Source: Cyanophora paradoxa CCMP329 (taxonomy: Eukaryota > Plantae > Glaucophyta). Taken from it: 64,000 nt of DNA. The position numbers were made by a program, and so were the translations under genes. The stretch is from contig QPMI01000584.1 of NCBI GenBank assembly GCA_004431415.1, forward strand, positions 47,106 to 111,105. The letters are read 5' to 3'. The notes under the pieces are model-generated. The model was not told the DNA's origin. It made no database searches and was given only the letters and a program-made list of their open reading frames with translations. Below, piece after piece: positions 1-11,000 of this stretch. Within the stretch, counting starts at the first letter, position 1. Each line of letters opens with the position of its first letter.

Positions 1-1409
1 GGTAGCGTTTTTACCCACTTTTCGGTTTGGTTCTCAGTCCCTCATTGAGAATCACCTTGTGAAACAGATGGGGAAAATGTTTGGTCGCCAATTTCGTAAT
101 ATCTTTCGGTCGCCAGGATAATAGCTGTTCATCCCAATACATGACAGTGCCGATGCTCTCGATGTGATGCAGCCTCGCATTTAAATATCGCAGATGGACT
201 TCAAAGCTATCGACCATAGGTGGAATGGGGGCAGTCTTGTAGTCAATATCGTCGGAATCCTCAGGCTGAAACGAATATTTCTTGGGGAATAGCTTATTAT
301 AACTGTCGCTGTTATCCTTTTTCAGCCAGTAAACAATCGAACCGAATGTGACTCGCTTCCCTTCCACCATTTTCTTGCCTTTGCAAAGGCTCATGAACTT
401 CTCATGACAGTCATCATATTCATATTTTTCGCTCTACTTGTTGCTTGCGAGGGATATTGTTGTCTTCGCAAGTATTGATTATAGCAATACCTACGTCGAT
501 CCATGTCTTATATTCATTAGCTCGCTCGCCACTGAGGCTCATAATGACTTCTTGCAACAGTTCAAACGAAACCTTATTATCTTTGAGATCCTCCAACACC
601 TCCTCCTTCTTCTTCACAGGTTCTTTACAGGGCTTGTCCTTAACAGACTTGGGCGCCACCGTTTGCTTAGGTTCCTCAGGCTTTGTAGCTTCCTTTGGTT
701 TATCGACCGCAAAGGCTGACATGGTGTCTACTTCCACCCACTTAGTGGGGCGATCGAAACATTGCACCAGGAAAAAACCATCGTGCATGCCTTCTTTCTC
801 GCAATCAATAAACTTAGTGAACACCACATTCTTATCGACATCGTGCTTTGATTTGCTTTGAGCGTCCAAAGCTTCGCCTTTGCAGCAACGGAGGCAGATC
901 AGGTTTTGAGTTGTTCCATAAACGCCACTATCGAATTCGACATTTTTGATGAGACCCATCGCTTTAAAAAGCTTTGGAATGTCTTCGTGGCGGCAGACCA
1001 GATCGGTAAATACGAAATGCCCGGAAATCTTGAACTTAGTGACATTCTCTTTGATTAAATGAACCCGGCGATGGCGAACAGCAACCGCAATTGTAGATCC
1101 CGACAGGGTTTGCAATTTCTTGCGCATTTCCCTGATGATCTCTTCGGCTTCCTTATAGTTGTCGGCTACATCAGGTTTCAGATCAACGAACTTGTCCAGA
1201 TCCAGATAAACACGAGTCACTTGATCAGGTTGTATGCATTCCGCCCATGTAGGATAGGTCATATTGTCCCGTTTCTTTGAGTTATTGATGCGCTCAATAA
1301 TTTCATCATCGGTTAACTCAACCAAATTAGACGTATTGCGAGAACCAGTCAGACATTTCAGAAAGGTGCCCTTGACATTAGAGAATGCGAATTTCGTGAT
1401 AGCGTCCAT
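1..1409 (-). CDS. AEP (PrimPol-like) primase with PriCT-2 domain, probably continuing into a helicase beyond the window; frame broken at ~430 and probably at ~40
   Basis: AEP motifs RVYLDLD, KISGHFVF and FDSGVY. PriCT-2 starts as ANEYKTWIDVGIAI in ORF 420-1409 and resumes in the +1 frame as SEKYEYDDCHEKFMSL...TFGSIVYWLKKDN (ORF 11-394). Adding one base to the run at 39-41 gives an open frame GTENQTEKWVKTL to the window edge. Confidence 0.85.
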
Positions 1410-1419
1410 CTTCTCTGTT

Positions 1420-1444
1420 TTACTCTAAGCGGAGAAAATATTTT
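1420..1444 (-). promoter_or_regulatory. Conserved viral upstream motif, copy 1
   Basis: AAAATATTTTCTCCGCTTAGAGTAA, 24/25 identical to 1861-1885, just upstream of the primase ATG. Confidence 0.65.
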
Positions 1445-1555
1445 TCAGGTTGTTCATTTTTTGCGCATTATCCTTAAATCCCTTTACAGTTTTTTCCCGA
1501 TGATAAAATCGATTAGCATCGGGGCAATCGATAGTATGGTAAGGAGCTTCCCGAT

Positions 1556-1849
1556 TTACATCGGAAAGCCGCACGAAAAATAAGGAATGCGCTCAGCGGC
1601 AATCGAGAGTTTGCGTTTTCTAATACTTACGGGGCGCCCCCGCTTTCCCATATGGCTTCCCTCCTCGGCTTTGCGACGATAATACGATTCCAAAGCCATC
1701 TTCTTCTTGAATTCGCGATATTCGGGATCCTCGTTATACCGATTCCGCATTTTGATGATTTCACGGATCCGATAATTAAGTCCGTCGCCTTTCTTCATGT
1801 CCTCAGTGACAAGCTTTGCCTCAATATTTACAGCAGCGATGGTGGTCAT
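1556..1849 (-). CDS. Small basic viral protein with AT-hook-like KRGRP motif, putative DNA-binding
   Basis: 97-aa ATG ORF, co-oriented with neighbours and preceded by the same 25-nt upstream motif as the primase gene. Confidence 0.7.
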   Translation of the reverse strand: MTTIAAVNIEAKLVTEDMKKGDGLNYRIREIIKMRNRYNEDPEYREFKKKMALESYYRRKAEEGSHMGKRGRPVSIRKRKLSIAAERIPYFSCGFPM

Positions 1850-1860
1850 CTTTTCGTTCC

Positions 1861-1885
1861 TTACTATAAGCGGAGAAAATATTTT
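1861..1885 (-). promoter_or_regulatory. Conserved viral upstream motif, copy 2
   Basis: AAAATATTTTCTCCGCTTATAGTAA just upstream of ATG 1849. Confidence 0.65.
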
Positions 1886-1899
1886 ATCAGTCGTATTTC

Positions 1900-2040
1900 C
1901 TATTTCTTCTTTAAATCATTTTCTGAGCTGTCATTTTTTGTGATCGAAGCGAGTTCTTCTCTACGTTTTTTAATAGCGACTTCCAATGCGTATTGCGCGC
2001 GTTTCCTGTATAGGATCGCGTAGAGATCGGGGTCGGGCAT
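1900..2040 (-). CDS. 46-aa viral hypothetical protein (not in ORF track)
   Basis: MPDPDLYAILYRKRAQYALEVAIKKRREELASITKNDSSENDLKKK*. Fills the gap between co-oriented genes, and a variant of the upstream motif (TATTTTCGCGTTA) precedes it. Confidence 0.55.
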   Translation of the reverse strand: MPDPDLYAILYRKRAQYALEVAIKKRREELASITKNDSSENDLKKK

Positions 2041-2067
2041 TCGATACTATTTAACGCGAAAATAGTT

Positions 2068-2415
2068 TCAGCGATCGTATTCGCCCAAATAAAGCGGATT
2101 TATTGGCGGATACGGGGAATCAACGCGAAAATGACCTTCCACGGAATTAGGGCACGAGCGGCGTCTTATATAGGATACTTGCACGTCTTCTATTGCTGTC
2201 TGTGGGACTATATTGGAGTTCGCAGGCACAGGCGAGGGCGATTGAGATCGGGGACGATCGTGATTATCACTGTGGTTGGAATATACAGATGATCGCCTAC
2301 CTCCATTATCCTCGTCCGAAATGTCAAACTCTACGGTTGTGTCGCAGCATCCGGACTTACAGTGAGATATGAAATGCAGGTGAAACATCTCAATGCATTG
2401 TGTGATGAAATTCAT
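2068..2415 (-). CDS. Small viral protein with CKSGCC cysteine cluster and disordered tail
   Basis: ATG at 2415 (MNFITQ...HCKSGCCDT) preferred over the track's non-ATG start; co-oriented with the block. Confidence 0.55.
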   Translation of the reverse strand: MNFITQCIEMFHLHFISHCKSGCCDTTVEFDISDEDNGGRRSSVYSNHSDNHDRPRSQSPSPVPANSNIVPQTAIEDVQVSYIRRRSCPNSVEGHFRVDSPYPPINPLYLGEYDR

Positions 2416-2615
2416 CGACCCTAATATTGCACAACGTATTAAATATTGGAGAAAAGAAAAGGGAATGAGGGTGTTACTTGCTCGCCTGTTCCCATACGAA
2501 TTAGTCGACCTTATAATGGTGTTTGTGGAGCCGACCTGTCCCTTTTGCAAGGGAATTCATATTAAGACCCGCTCTAAATACGGGCGGATTCATTTATGTT
2601 TGAACGACTTGCACA

Positions 2616-3287
2616 TTAGAAGCGACGACGCCCACCGAACATAGATGACAGATTGGCACCCGGCTGTGCATGCACACCCGATGGGTTAACGAAACCGCCC
2701 GGCTTTGGTGCATTTTCAGCTATGACTGTCTCTTTTCTTTCGACTGTCTGAACATCGGGAACAGTTGCCCGCTTCTTTTCCATTTCCACGCGAACAGCTT
2801 GTTTAATCAGCTTGCGCTGTTTGTATTCCTTAGTGAAATCATCAAAGGCTCGCACAGTAGTGTCGTATGTAGCTAAACGCGCTTCCAGTGCCCTAAACTT
2901 CTCCTCTAATTCCTGACCGACTTTCTCGCCCTTGGTCACATAGACAGATGCCCGCTTTTTAGGGGCTTCCATCGATGCAGGTAAAGCGGCTGTTGCTTCG
3001 GCTTTTACCACCTTATTATCGGTTAGCTTTTCGCCTGTGAGCTGTGATTCGGCGAGGGATTGATCCGCCAGCTTTCTATCAGTGGAATCGACCGGCTCCC
3101 GCTTAGCATCCACCTTTTGAGCACGCTCTGAAACCTTTGTATTCGGGTCAATCAGATCGAAATCTATTTGGTCAGAAGCGGCAGCACCGCCAGTGCGACC
3201 GGCATCCTCCGCAGGATTAATCTTGCCAGCGACAACAGCGCTTTGATCTTCCATTTGGATAGCTTTCCGCGAGTTCTTGGGTGGCAT
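2616..3287 (-). CDS. Viral hypothetical protein, charged coiled-coil; candidate core/structural protein
   Basis: 223-aa ATG ORF next to the ATPase, with upstream motif variant AATAAATTTCTCGCATAA; C-terminus SMFGGRRRF. Confidence 0.75.
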   Translation of the reverse strand: MPPKNSRKAIQMEDQSAVVAGKINPAEDAGRTGGAAASDQIDFDLIDPNTKVSERAQKVDAKREPVDSTDRKLADQSLAESQLTGEKLTDNKVVKAEATAALPASMEAPKKRASVYVTKGEKVGQELEEKFRALEARLATYDTTVRAFDDFTKEYKQRKLIKQAVRVEMEKKRATVPDVQTVERKETVIAENAPKPGGFVNPSGVHAQPGANLSSMFGGRRRF

Positions 3288-3310
3288 TTATCATTATGCG
3301 AGAAATTTAT

Positions 3311-4234
3311 TCAAAATTTACCCAATTTCTTTGCAAATTTTGGGCGGCGCTTTTCTTGGTATGCCAGCAATAGATTGGGGTCTTTAAGTAGGTCGGCTTC
3401 GATTATTCTTTTGGTGGATCGCTTTAAGGTGGCGACGTTTCCACTCACAGGTTTCGTTATATCGGTGGTTTGGGGTTGGTCGCCATTTACCTCTGTGGAG
3501 CTCTGTTTTACCGGCTGTTTACCAGCGGGCTTTATCTCTTCCACCGCTTTTTTAAAGAACCGCTTGAATTTATATTCGTCAGGCACCGGATCAGCCTTGC
3601 CCACAGAGAATTCCAGGCTATATTTCGAGTTGTCAATGCAGATAACCTGATAGCTGTGACTGTATTCGTTCATCACCTTCTCAAACCAATGCTTTTCGTA
3701 TGGATTAAACTCGTCCTCAGCACTCTCCATCTCTTTTCTGTTGGGCAGCGAGAATAGAAAGATATATTCGGAGTTAACCCTAAGTGTCGGCGAAATCTTA
3801 GTGAGTTTTTGTGACAGAATCCACACAGATATGAATAAATGGCGCCCCGACGTGAATAGCTGATTTAATATAGGTTCACCTCTTCCTGACATCGAAAGAC
3901 TTGGATTGTCAATGAAATCATCGAGTATGATTAACAGGTTACCGACTTTCTCCTTTTTCTTGATTCGCTCCTTGCGTTTCTGTATTATATTGTCGATCAG
4001 CTTATGATCGAAATCCTCATACAAATACGATGTGACATTGTCATATTGATGGTTCCAGATCGTGGAAGCGAATATCATCACCGAATCTATCTTGTCCTCG
4101 TTGTGGTAAAGCAGGTATTTTAAGAATACTGACTTACCTACTCCCGTTTTTCCGACAGCAAGTAAACGGCAAGGGAATGAAAGACTTGCCGGGTCGAATT
4201 CCGCAAGATCTTCTATACTCACGTTTCCAGTCAT
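3311..4234 (-). CDS. A32-like (FtsK-HerA) DNA packaging ATPase
   Basis: Walker A GKTGVGKS, Walker B LLIILDD, arginine-finger motif LFTSGRH followed by ILSQ and LRVNSEYIFLF. Confidence 0.96.
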   Translation of the reverse strand: MTGNVSIEDLAEFDPASLSFPCRLLAVGKTGVGKSVFLKYLLYHNEDKIDSVMIFASTIWNHQYDNVTSYLYEDFDHKLIDNIIQKRKERIKKKEKVGNLLIILDDFIDNPSLSMSGRGEPILNQLFTSGRHLFISVWILSQKLTKISPTLRVNSEYIFLFSLPNRKEMESAEDEFNPYEKHWFEKVMNEYSHSYQVICIDNSKYSLEFSVGKADPVPDEYKFKRFFKKAVEEIKPAGKQPVKQSSTEVNGDQPQTTDITKPVSGNVATLKRSTKRIIEADLLKDPNLLLAYQEKRRPKFAKKLGKF

Positions 4235-4286
4235 ATTTGCTTTCCCTTATAAGAAACAAAATAAAAATTACGAAACGCGACAGTCC

Positions 4287-5735
4287 TCATGCCGTCACTC
4301 TAGACAATCCATTGGCATTCATTACAAGAATATTGTGGCAGTAAGCCGAGATCTGAACACCGACCTTTGTCCAGGTGGCGAGGGGTGTGCCATTGGGTGT
4401 GAGGAGCAGGAAACTTGAAGCTGATTGTGTTAGATCGACATAGCCAGTCGCCTTCTCACCTTTGAGCGCCGCTTTACCATCGAGGGCAAAGCAGAAGCCA
4501 GTGTAAATGGGGCGCTTGTTGCTATCGATCCAGTTAGTCATCTTGAATTTATCGGCGAGCTCCATAGCCGCGGATTGCAGCGGGACACCAGTGTTGGAAT
4601 ATAGGTAATTGTTGTTATTTAGAACTTGCATCACGACATTATCATCGAAGGCAAGGGTGCGGACAGTAGAGTGCCCTCCGAAATTGTTGCCGAGTGCATT
4701 TTCGTCGCGAATCTTGACAACAAGTGCGTAAACAAGTCCAGAAATTTGAGATAGTGACAGGCGGAGACCGGAGCCGAGAGCTTGACCGGTATAATCCGCA
4801 AACTGAATATCAGTGTATGGGATGGCGATGCCAGAGGTCTTAACACGAGTAATGATTTCGCCCATCGTTTCCTCATCGATGTTAACAGCATCCATAATAA
4901 GACGAGGGGTCGTCATTTCCAGATTCGCAAGAGCAGGTGTAGGTGTGAGAGCCGCACTATCGAAAATCGCAGTGGCACCCGAGTGAGCTAAGGTCTTAAT
5001 ATTTCCGAAAGCAGCCGCTTGAGCAAGCGTTGTCTCGCCATCAGTAGAATTGGTCGCAGTAATTGCAGCGGCGTTATTCTGAGCGTAAACGCCAGGAACC
5101 GCCGCAGTTTCGAGAAGCGCAGGGGTTTGGAAATATACTTCGACCGCGATTTCGGATGGGAGCGCACCGATGGGCACGCCAGCATCGAGGAAACTCGGAA
5201 TTCGCATGGTAAAAATGCCGCCAGCTTGGTTGCCGCCCTCTACCTTCGGTCCGAGATGCAGCCCATGCTTGCGCTTCTTTTGGTCGAATTCAGCCGGAGT
5301 GTTAGCCAGGAAAGCGTAATCTACCAGTCGCTCAGCCGGAATAATTTGCTCATACGACCCGTATTTAATGCTGACTCGCTGAACAAACGAGCCAGGAAGC
5401 CCGCGGACGAATCCAGTATTGAATAGATCAGCCGAGCAGTCAGCAGAGGTCTTGGCGATGGCAGTCAGCGCCTTTGCCGTAGGGATGGTAACTTGGAGGC
5501 TAATACCATTGCACCAATTGTAGCGAGGGAGGTAGAAGACCACACGAGTGGTAGCACCAGTAGAGGAGAACAGATTGCCGGGATCCGCAATTGGAAGCAC
5601 CTCCACACGAGAAGGCTTGAATTGTTTGTCCACACCCACAATAAATCCGCGATCCAAAAGCATGCTCTTGTAATCCTCCGGGGTTTCGAGGACGGATTTG
5701 AGCGTGAGGCGGCTAAGCGAGGTCGTGGGATCCAT
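4287..5735 (-). CDS. Double jelly-roll major capsid protein with NCLDV-like motifs
   Basis: 482 aa, beta-rich, between ATPase and penton. FYLPR..ISLQVTIP, VQRVSIKYG, IYTGFCFALD..ATGYVDL and ISAYCHNILVMNANG parallel NCLDV MCP motifs. Confidence 0.85.
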   Translation of the reverse strand: MDPTTSLSRLTLKSVLETPEDYKSMLLDRGFIVGVDKQFKPSRVEVLPIADPGNLFSSTGATTRVVFYLPRYNWCNGISLQVTIPTAKALTAIAKTSADCSADLFNTGFVRGLPGSFVQRVSIKYGSYEQIIPAERLVDYAFLANTPAEFDQKKRKHGLHLGPKVEGGNQAGGIFTMRIPSFLDAGVPIGALPSEIAVEVYFQTPALLETAAVPGVYAQNNAAAITATNSTDGETTLAQAAAFGNIKTLAHSGATAIFDSAALTPTPALANLEMTTPRLIMDAVNIDEETMGEIITRVKTSGIAIPYTDIQFADYTGQALGSGLRLSLSQISGLVYALVVKIRDENALGNNFGGHSTVRTLAFDDNVVMQVLNNNNYLYSNTGVPLQSAAMELADKFKMTNWIDSNKRPIYTGFCFALDGKAALKGEKATGYVDLTQSASSFLLLTPNGTPLATWTKVGVQISAYCHNILVMNANGLSRVTA

Positions 5736-5768
5736 ATTTCGTTTTTATCTTCCGCTGAGAAATTTATT

Positions 5769-7055
5769 TTAGAAGAACGGATTATTTTTTACAGCCACCC
5801 CGCTCAACGCATTCGTTAAATTGCCGCAATGCGGGTAGTCCTCATATAGCATTTTCGCGAATCCCTTATTAACAATGCGCTGTAAATCGTCGTCGGGCTC
5901 ATCCACTCCCATAGTGAGTTCCAAAATGAATGTGTGCTCGCAGCTTCCGAGGAAATACCTATAACCGCTCTCCGTGAGAATTTGAACGGTTAAACTATCA
6001 AAGGAGAGGCGGGTGTTAAAGTATTTCGTGAAAGCATCCGCCCCATAATTAATTAGCTCAGCATCAGCATAGGCTGTGCCTTTCGAAATCGGGATCTTAG
6101 CGAGGAATCCATTAGTAGCCTCGGTGCATGTCGTAAAAAGCGAGCAGTCCGGCTCTGTGATCTTTAAAACTATTGCATTATCCGGTGTATAATCAGGGGC
6201 AGTGCCTCCGGCTATGCCTAAGACCAGAGCCGTCGAATTATAATTGCGGAATGCATCACCAGCTGAGTAAACGACACCGCTCCCAGCGAAGGCTGTGTAG
6301 CCCGATCCGTTGTATTGATCTATCATTATATTCTCTCTGATCGATGTAAACCCGAGAAGAGTCATCGTGCGATAGGCGAGCACCTTTCTTTCATTCGCAG
6401 TAGACCCAGTGGCATTACTCGGACCATATTTAGTGAAAGCTATGTAGACATAATCACTCGAATAAAAGCATATGGCATTTAATGTGCTCTCAAAACGACA
6501 TCTCACCACCGGGTAAAAGGTTCCTCCTGTCGATGCGTAGCTTGGATTAATTTTTGTGTCGATCATATCCTTGATGTAGTTGCCAGTTCCATTTTTCGTT
6601 AAGATGTTATCGATTGCAGTTGCAAGGTCGGTTCCAGTCGAGTATGTGCCCGGAGGGATCGTAATTGCTACGTCTCTGTATCGGGTATATCTTCTGAAAG
6701 TGTTTAGGTAATCAGGCGGTATATAGTTGCCTTGGTCGCCAGCATCTATGGCTTTGTAAGCGTCATATATTGCAGTTGCCTGTGAATCTCTGATTTCCTG
6801 AGTGGCACCATTCAGCTGACCGCTCGAAAATCGGTAAGGAAATGATATGAAAATCGTATTAGCATCATCGGCTTTCGTTTCCCCGATCTCAGTATAGAAT
6901 TGAGGGCTTGGAACCGTGGGAATCGTGTTGGAAAATTCGATCTGTCGCACAGCGATGCTCTTCACATTGTGGTATTGCTTTGGAAGGGTCACCTTATAGG
7001 AATGAGCCGAGCCCTCTGATCGATCACGGCTACTGATGCTGAGATACTCGCGCAT
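5769..7055 (-). CDS. Minor capsid (penton-like) protein 1
   Basis: Likely start ATG 7055. N-terminal ISSRDR..YKVTLPKQYHNVKSIAVRQIEFSNT and C-terminal DSLTVQIL..EHTFILEL are typical single-jelly-roll penton motifs. Confidence 0.85.
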   Translation of the reverse strand: MREYLSISSRDRSEGSAHSYKVTLPKQYHNVKSIAVRQIEFSNTIPTVPSPQFYTEIGETKADDANTIFISFPYRFSSGQLNGATQEIRDSQATAIYDAYKAIDAGDQGNYIPPDYLNTFRRYTRYRDVAITIPPGTYSTGTDLATAIDNILTKNGTGNYIKDMIDTKINPSYASTGGTFYPVVRCRFESTLNAICFYSSDYVYIAFTKYGPSNATGSTANERKVLAYRTMTLLGFTSIRENIMIDQYNGSGYTAFAGSGVVYSAGDAFRNYNSTALVLGIAGGTAPDYTPDNAIVLKITEPDCSLFTTCTEATNGFLAKIPISKGTAYADAELINYGADAFTKYFNTRLSFDSLTVQILTESGYRYFLGSCEHTFILELTMGVDEPDDDLQRIVNKGFAKMLYEDYPHCGNLTNALSGVAVKNNPFF

Positions 7056-7082
7056 TTTATTCTTTATTAATAGGAAATAAAA
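7056..7082. promoter_or_regulatory. 27-bp near-palindromic AT-rich spacer between divergent ATGs (candidate bidirectional promoter)
   Basis: TTTATTCTTTATTAATAGGAAATAAAA is centred on TATTAATA. Called viral genes to the left are on the - strand and those to the right on the + strand. Confidence 0.6.
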
Positions 7083-8057
7083 ATGATTCGGAAGCCAGTT
7101 AACGATTTCTATAATGGCAAGTTTACGAGGGTCAATGTTAATATCGATTCTATTGAGCGCAGTGCAGGGCACCCGGGAGAATATACAGTAAAGCTTTCTC
7201 AGCGACTTCTGAACGTAAAAGGGGTGCGCATTGCGAGCGCCGAGCTCCCAAACACGATTTATGCTGTCACCGATAATTCCAGAGGCGTGACCATACAGGG
7301 AATGACTAACAGCATCACCTTTTCCCCTTTCCCTGACATAGGAAACTACACCCCAGCGATTTGGGGATATGGTAATAAGAACTTAGGCTATTCGGGCGGT
7401 TTTGTCGATGTAAACCCTCTCACAAGCGAAAGCGTCACAGTCTACTACAAGTGGCTCTATAATCCAGCGACAATGAAAATTACTTTTTATTCGAGCATTC
7501 CCCTCACACTGAGCTGTGCACATGACGACTTCGCAAGGTTCCATGGAATGATCAAAGGGGATATTTATCAAACAATTCCAGTTGGTGAGGGTTCAGAGCA
7601 TCTCACGGTAGACTATTTACCCCTCACACCCAGCAATCCAAAATACTCATTTCTACAAGCCTATGAGGGCAAAACAAAATACCCCGCCGGAATATCTGTG
7701 CTTCCATTCCCTCTCGAACATGCAGTGACCTTCCCGAATGCAATCAATTTAAATCCGACCCCCTATGTTTACCTACAAATTAAAGAGTTTACGCCCTTTT
7801 ACGACAGGTATATGGTGGCAGCAAAGACAGATGAGGGCGGAAATGCAAACCTCGCTAAGGTTCCACTAACCAGCCCCTTGGGATCGTTTGTTTACTACCT
7901 GACATTCCGCAGAATCGATACTGTGGAGTTCTTTAATTCCCACGATCAGGCTTATGATATAGACACCCTCACAATTAAATGGCTCGATGCCTACAATAAT
8001 GTAGTCGACTTTAATGGCGTTAATCACAGCTTTATATTAGAGGTGCTATCGGGTTAA
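7083..8057 (+). CDS. Minor capsid (penton-like) protein 2
   Basis: VNIDSIER..YTVKLSQRLLNVKGVRIASAELPNT, PYVYLQI, LAKVPL and IDTLTIKWLDAYNNVVDFNGVNHSFILEV. Confidence 0.9.
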   Translation: MIRKPVNDFYNGKFTRVNVNIDSIERSAGHPGEYTVKLSQRLLNVKGVRIASAELPNTIYAVTDNSRGVTIQGMTNSITFSPFPDIGNYTPAIWGYGNKNLGYSGGFVDVNPLTSESVTVYYKWLYNPATMKITFYSSIPLTLSCAHDDFARFHGMIKGDIYQTIPVGEGSEHLTVDYLPLTPSNPKYSFLQAYEGKTKYPAGISVLPFPLEHAVTFPNAINLNPTPYVYLQIKEFTPFYDRYMVAAKTDEGGNANLAKVPLTSPLGSFVYYLTFRRIDTVEFFNSHDQAYDIDTLTIKWLDAYNNVVDFNGVNHSFILEVLSG

Positions 8058-8075
8058 AATAATCTTATATTACAA

Positions 8076-11000
8076 ATGAGTATCACGAATCTCCCCTTTA
8101 TCACTCGGGAAACCTTGTATTTGGATGACGGTTTCGAGCTCAGCAGTAACATTACCGCTTCCAATGTGACCATATCTTCGAACCTTGTGGTAAAAGACTT
8201 TCTATTAAATCAGAGCAACCTTCAATATATTGATATCACCAGCAATCTCCCTTTTACCTATGGCACTGATAACTCAGCCCTCGTTATCTATCATGGGGGC
8301 TCGCCTGTTGCATTCTTTGGCAGCAATTTCCCCACAGTGCGAACCTTTCAGCACGAAATCAATAAAGCCCGCCCCATCCCACTGACAGCTGTCGTCGAAT
8401 GGGATCCTGTTGAATATTCGCAGAGCATCACAAGCAATATCACCCTCACTCGACCGCATTTAATTGATGTCATGGGGGTCGACCTTGTAAAGGAGTTTTA
8501 TAGCGAGCGATTCACAAGAAACGAGCGAGATGTAGCCCAGGATCTCGAAATTTCGGGTTTATCAATTGCTACCGCAGCAAACACGGCAGGGCTCGCTGTT
8601 TTAACAGGTGCAATCACCATCACTGATGCGATCATGTATTTATCCCGCGATTTGGTGCCTTTGCTCGATCATCAATTTAATCTCGGGCAATCTAACACTG
8701 ATGCTGTTAAGAAATGGCTGAATGTGTATGCCTATGATGGGTGGTTTGATGACTTGCACACGACCAATTTTTATAGCACGACCTCAAAAACAAGTAACAT
8801 AATCTTGCCTTTCAATCACTCAGTCCGACCCAGTGATTTACCCACTGATGAGAGAGCTCTGATCAGCTATAACGACTTTAACAGCAATCTTTCCCGCTCA
8901 GTTTCGCGAACTGAGACCTACACTGTCGAGGGATACCCTCAGCAGCTCGCAAATGGGGTCTATGTCGCTTATGTAGGCAAACCTACATATACATTCACTT
9001 GGGATCAGTTGGGTGTCACAGGTTTCGAGACGACTATACCCACTGTTTCATTGGTGGATCACACTACTTATTATAATCCTATCACTAACAATAATGAATC
9101 GAATAAAGCATTTATTCAAAATGTCACCTCCACAGGGTTTCAGGTTTCGTTTGTCATTAACGAGACATACAATTTACTTATCATCCGAAACAACTTATTG
9201 ACTTCCGAAGCTACTATTAGTTTCACTCTTAACATCAATTATATCACCCCTGAATTCGATAGCAAACCCAGAGTAAAGGTTTACCGAGATTTACAAGGTA
9301 GCAATATCGTGCCCTTCTCACAGAGTTTCGATCTTGGCGCGAACTCTTTAAGGTGGAACACAGTTTATTCTTTGAGTGCAAACACCTGTAATATTGTAGT
9401 CGCAGGTTCATCGGCTACTATTGGAGATCTGACCGCCCCTTTTAAAAAGGAGTATCTTAAAGAACTGTATATTACAAAGTCTGATTTACCAGATGCTATT
9501 TCGTTGGTGCTCTCCCCGACTCCCAGCATCTCATACCACAATGTGAAAGACACAAGTAATGTAGTGCGGAGTGGAAGCAAAGTATTCCAGGCATCCGAGA
9601 TATCAGCAACAACATATAGATATCTTGCAGGGGTTCCAGCGAATTTTAATTTCACATTTGAGACACCATTTGTTTCCCCTCCTACTATTGAAATAACAGA
9701 CACGAATTTGTATGTGGTCAATGATGGGTCAGCTACATCACTTCAAAATGCACCAGCCGGCTACTCCCCATTTGTTGCAACTAACATAACAACCACCGGC
9801 TTCACACTTGTCGGAAATGCAACAGTGACATATGCTCTGTCAGGGTATCCTGTTGGGTTGTATTTTTCGAAATTTAATCTCTCTGTTATCCCAGCAGTGT
9901 CCCTTGCTCCTCCCTTTACTATCAGTTGGAAGGCAACAGGAACTATTCCGCGATTTGACCCGAAGATCGATTAAAAATAAGGTATCCTCTCGATGTGACC
10001 GACCTCCATACTACGAGGATCAATGGGCAGAATTTCGTGTTTAATGGAACCAATGCGACTTTGATCGATAATAGAGTCACAAATAATTACTTTTTCGATT
10101 CTCGATATATTAATACTTGCAACATTGTCATACAGAAAACGTTTGAGGATCGCAGTAAGACCTTAACAGTGACCTTGCCCACTCACTCGAATGTCTCAGA
10201 TGGATTTTACTATTATCTGTTAAATCGCTATTACACCTCTTATATTCCATATCCTTCTGAGACTGTCAACATGAGCTATCCCAGAGTCACCCTAACATCG
10301 ACCAATGCTGACTTCTTTGGATCCACAGACTTCATGAGAGACTTCTTTTATTTTACATCCTCCACAGATGGTCTCTTAGTTTATTACTCTTACAAATATG
10401 AGTCAATTGCTACCCAAATCGAAAGCCACCCAAACACTGATGTGATCACAGCAGGCGATAAGAAATATATAAAAACCGCTTCCCCATGGGTGTGCACTGT
10501 CCGGCTTGATGACAGATACACTCCTAACCTAAATAACATTGGATTGCACTCGACATGCAATATTTATGTGCAAGGTGCGATTTCGGCTACCAAATATTTT
10601 GAGGGTGGAAATTGTGATACAGGACATAGGTTGCTATCGCGAAATGGACTCTTTGAGTCATTCAGTGGGACGGCTCTACCGCCCTTTATCAGGGACACAG
10701 TCTATGACACTACGTGCAATATTTGGGTGTGTCGATCTGTGAGCAATCCACCTGTGACACAGGAATTATACAAGTATCTCGCAGATACCTATGGTGCAAT
10801 CTCAGGATCCTCCACAGGAAATCCAGCGACGGCTCCCATCGTGTTTGCAAATGCATACACAGCGCCGACCTCATTAGCAGGGTCGACAGAGCCGCCACCA
10901 AATGATCCAAATCCGAACCAGCCTAACCCAGATCCCGATTCACAAGATCCCCCTACAACTAATCCAGATCCAAACACACCACCTAATAATCCCACGAATC

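Noticed and set aside
1496-1523. Mimivirus-type 3' hairpin polyadenylation signal
   Set aside because: Only a 7-bp stem and not seen consistently after other viral genes.
2393-2644. Plus-strand 83-aa ORF with CPFC...HLC (possible zinc ribbon)
   Set aside because: Antisense to the whole block and overlaps both neighbours; possible but unsupported.
7056-7172. N-terminal extension of ORF 5769-7172
   Set aside because: Non-ATG start overlapping the divergent penton gene; the penton motif begins right after ATG 7055.
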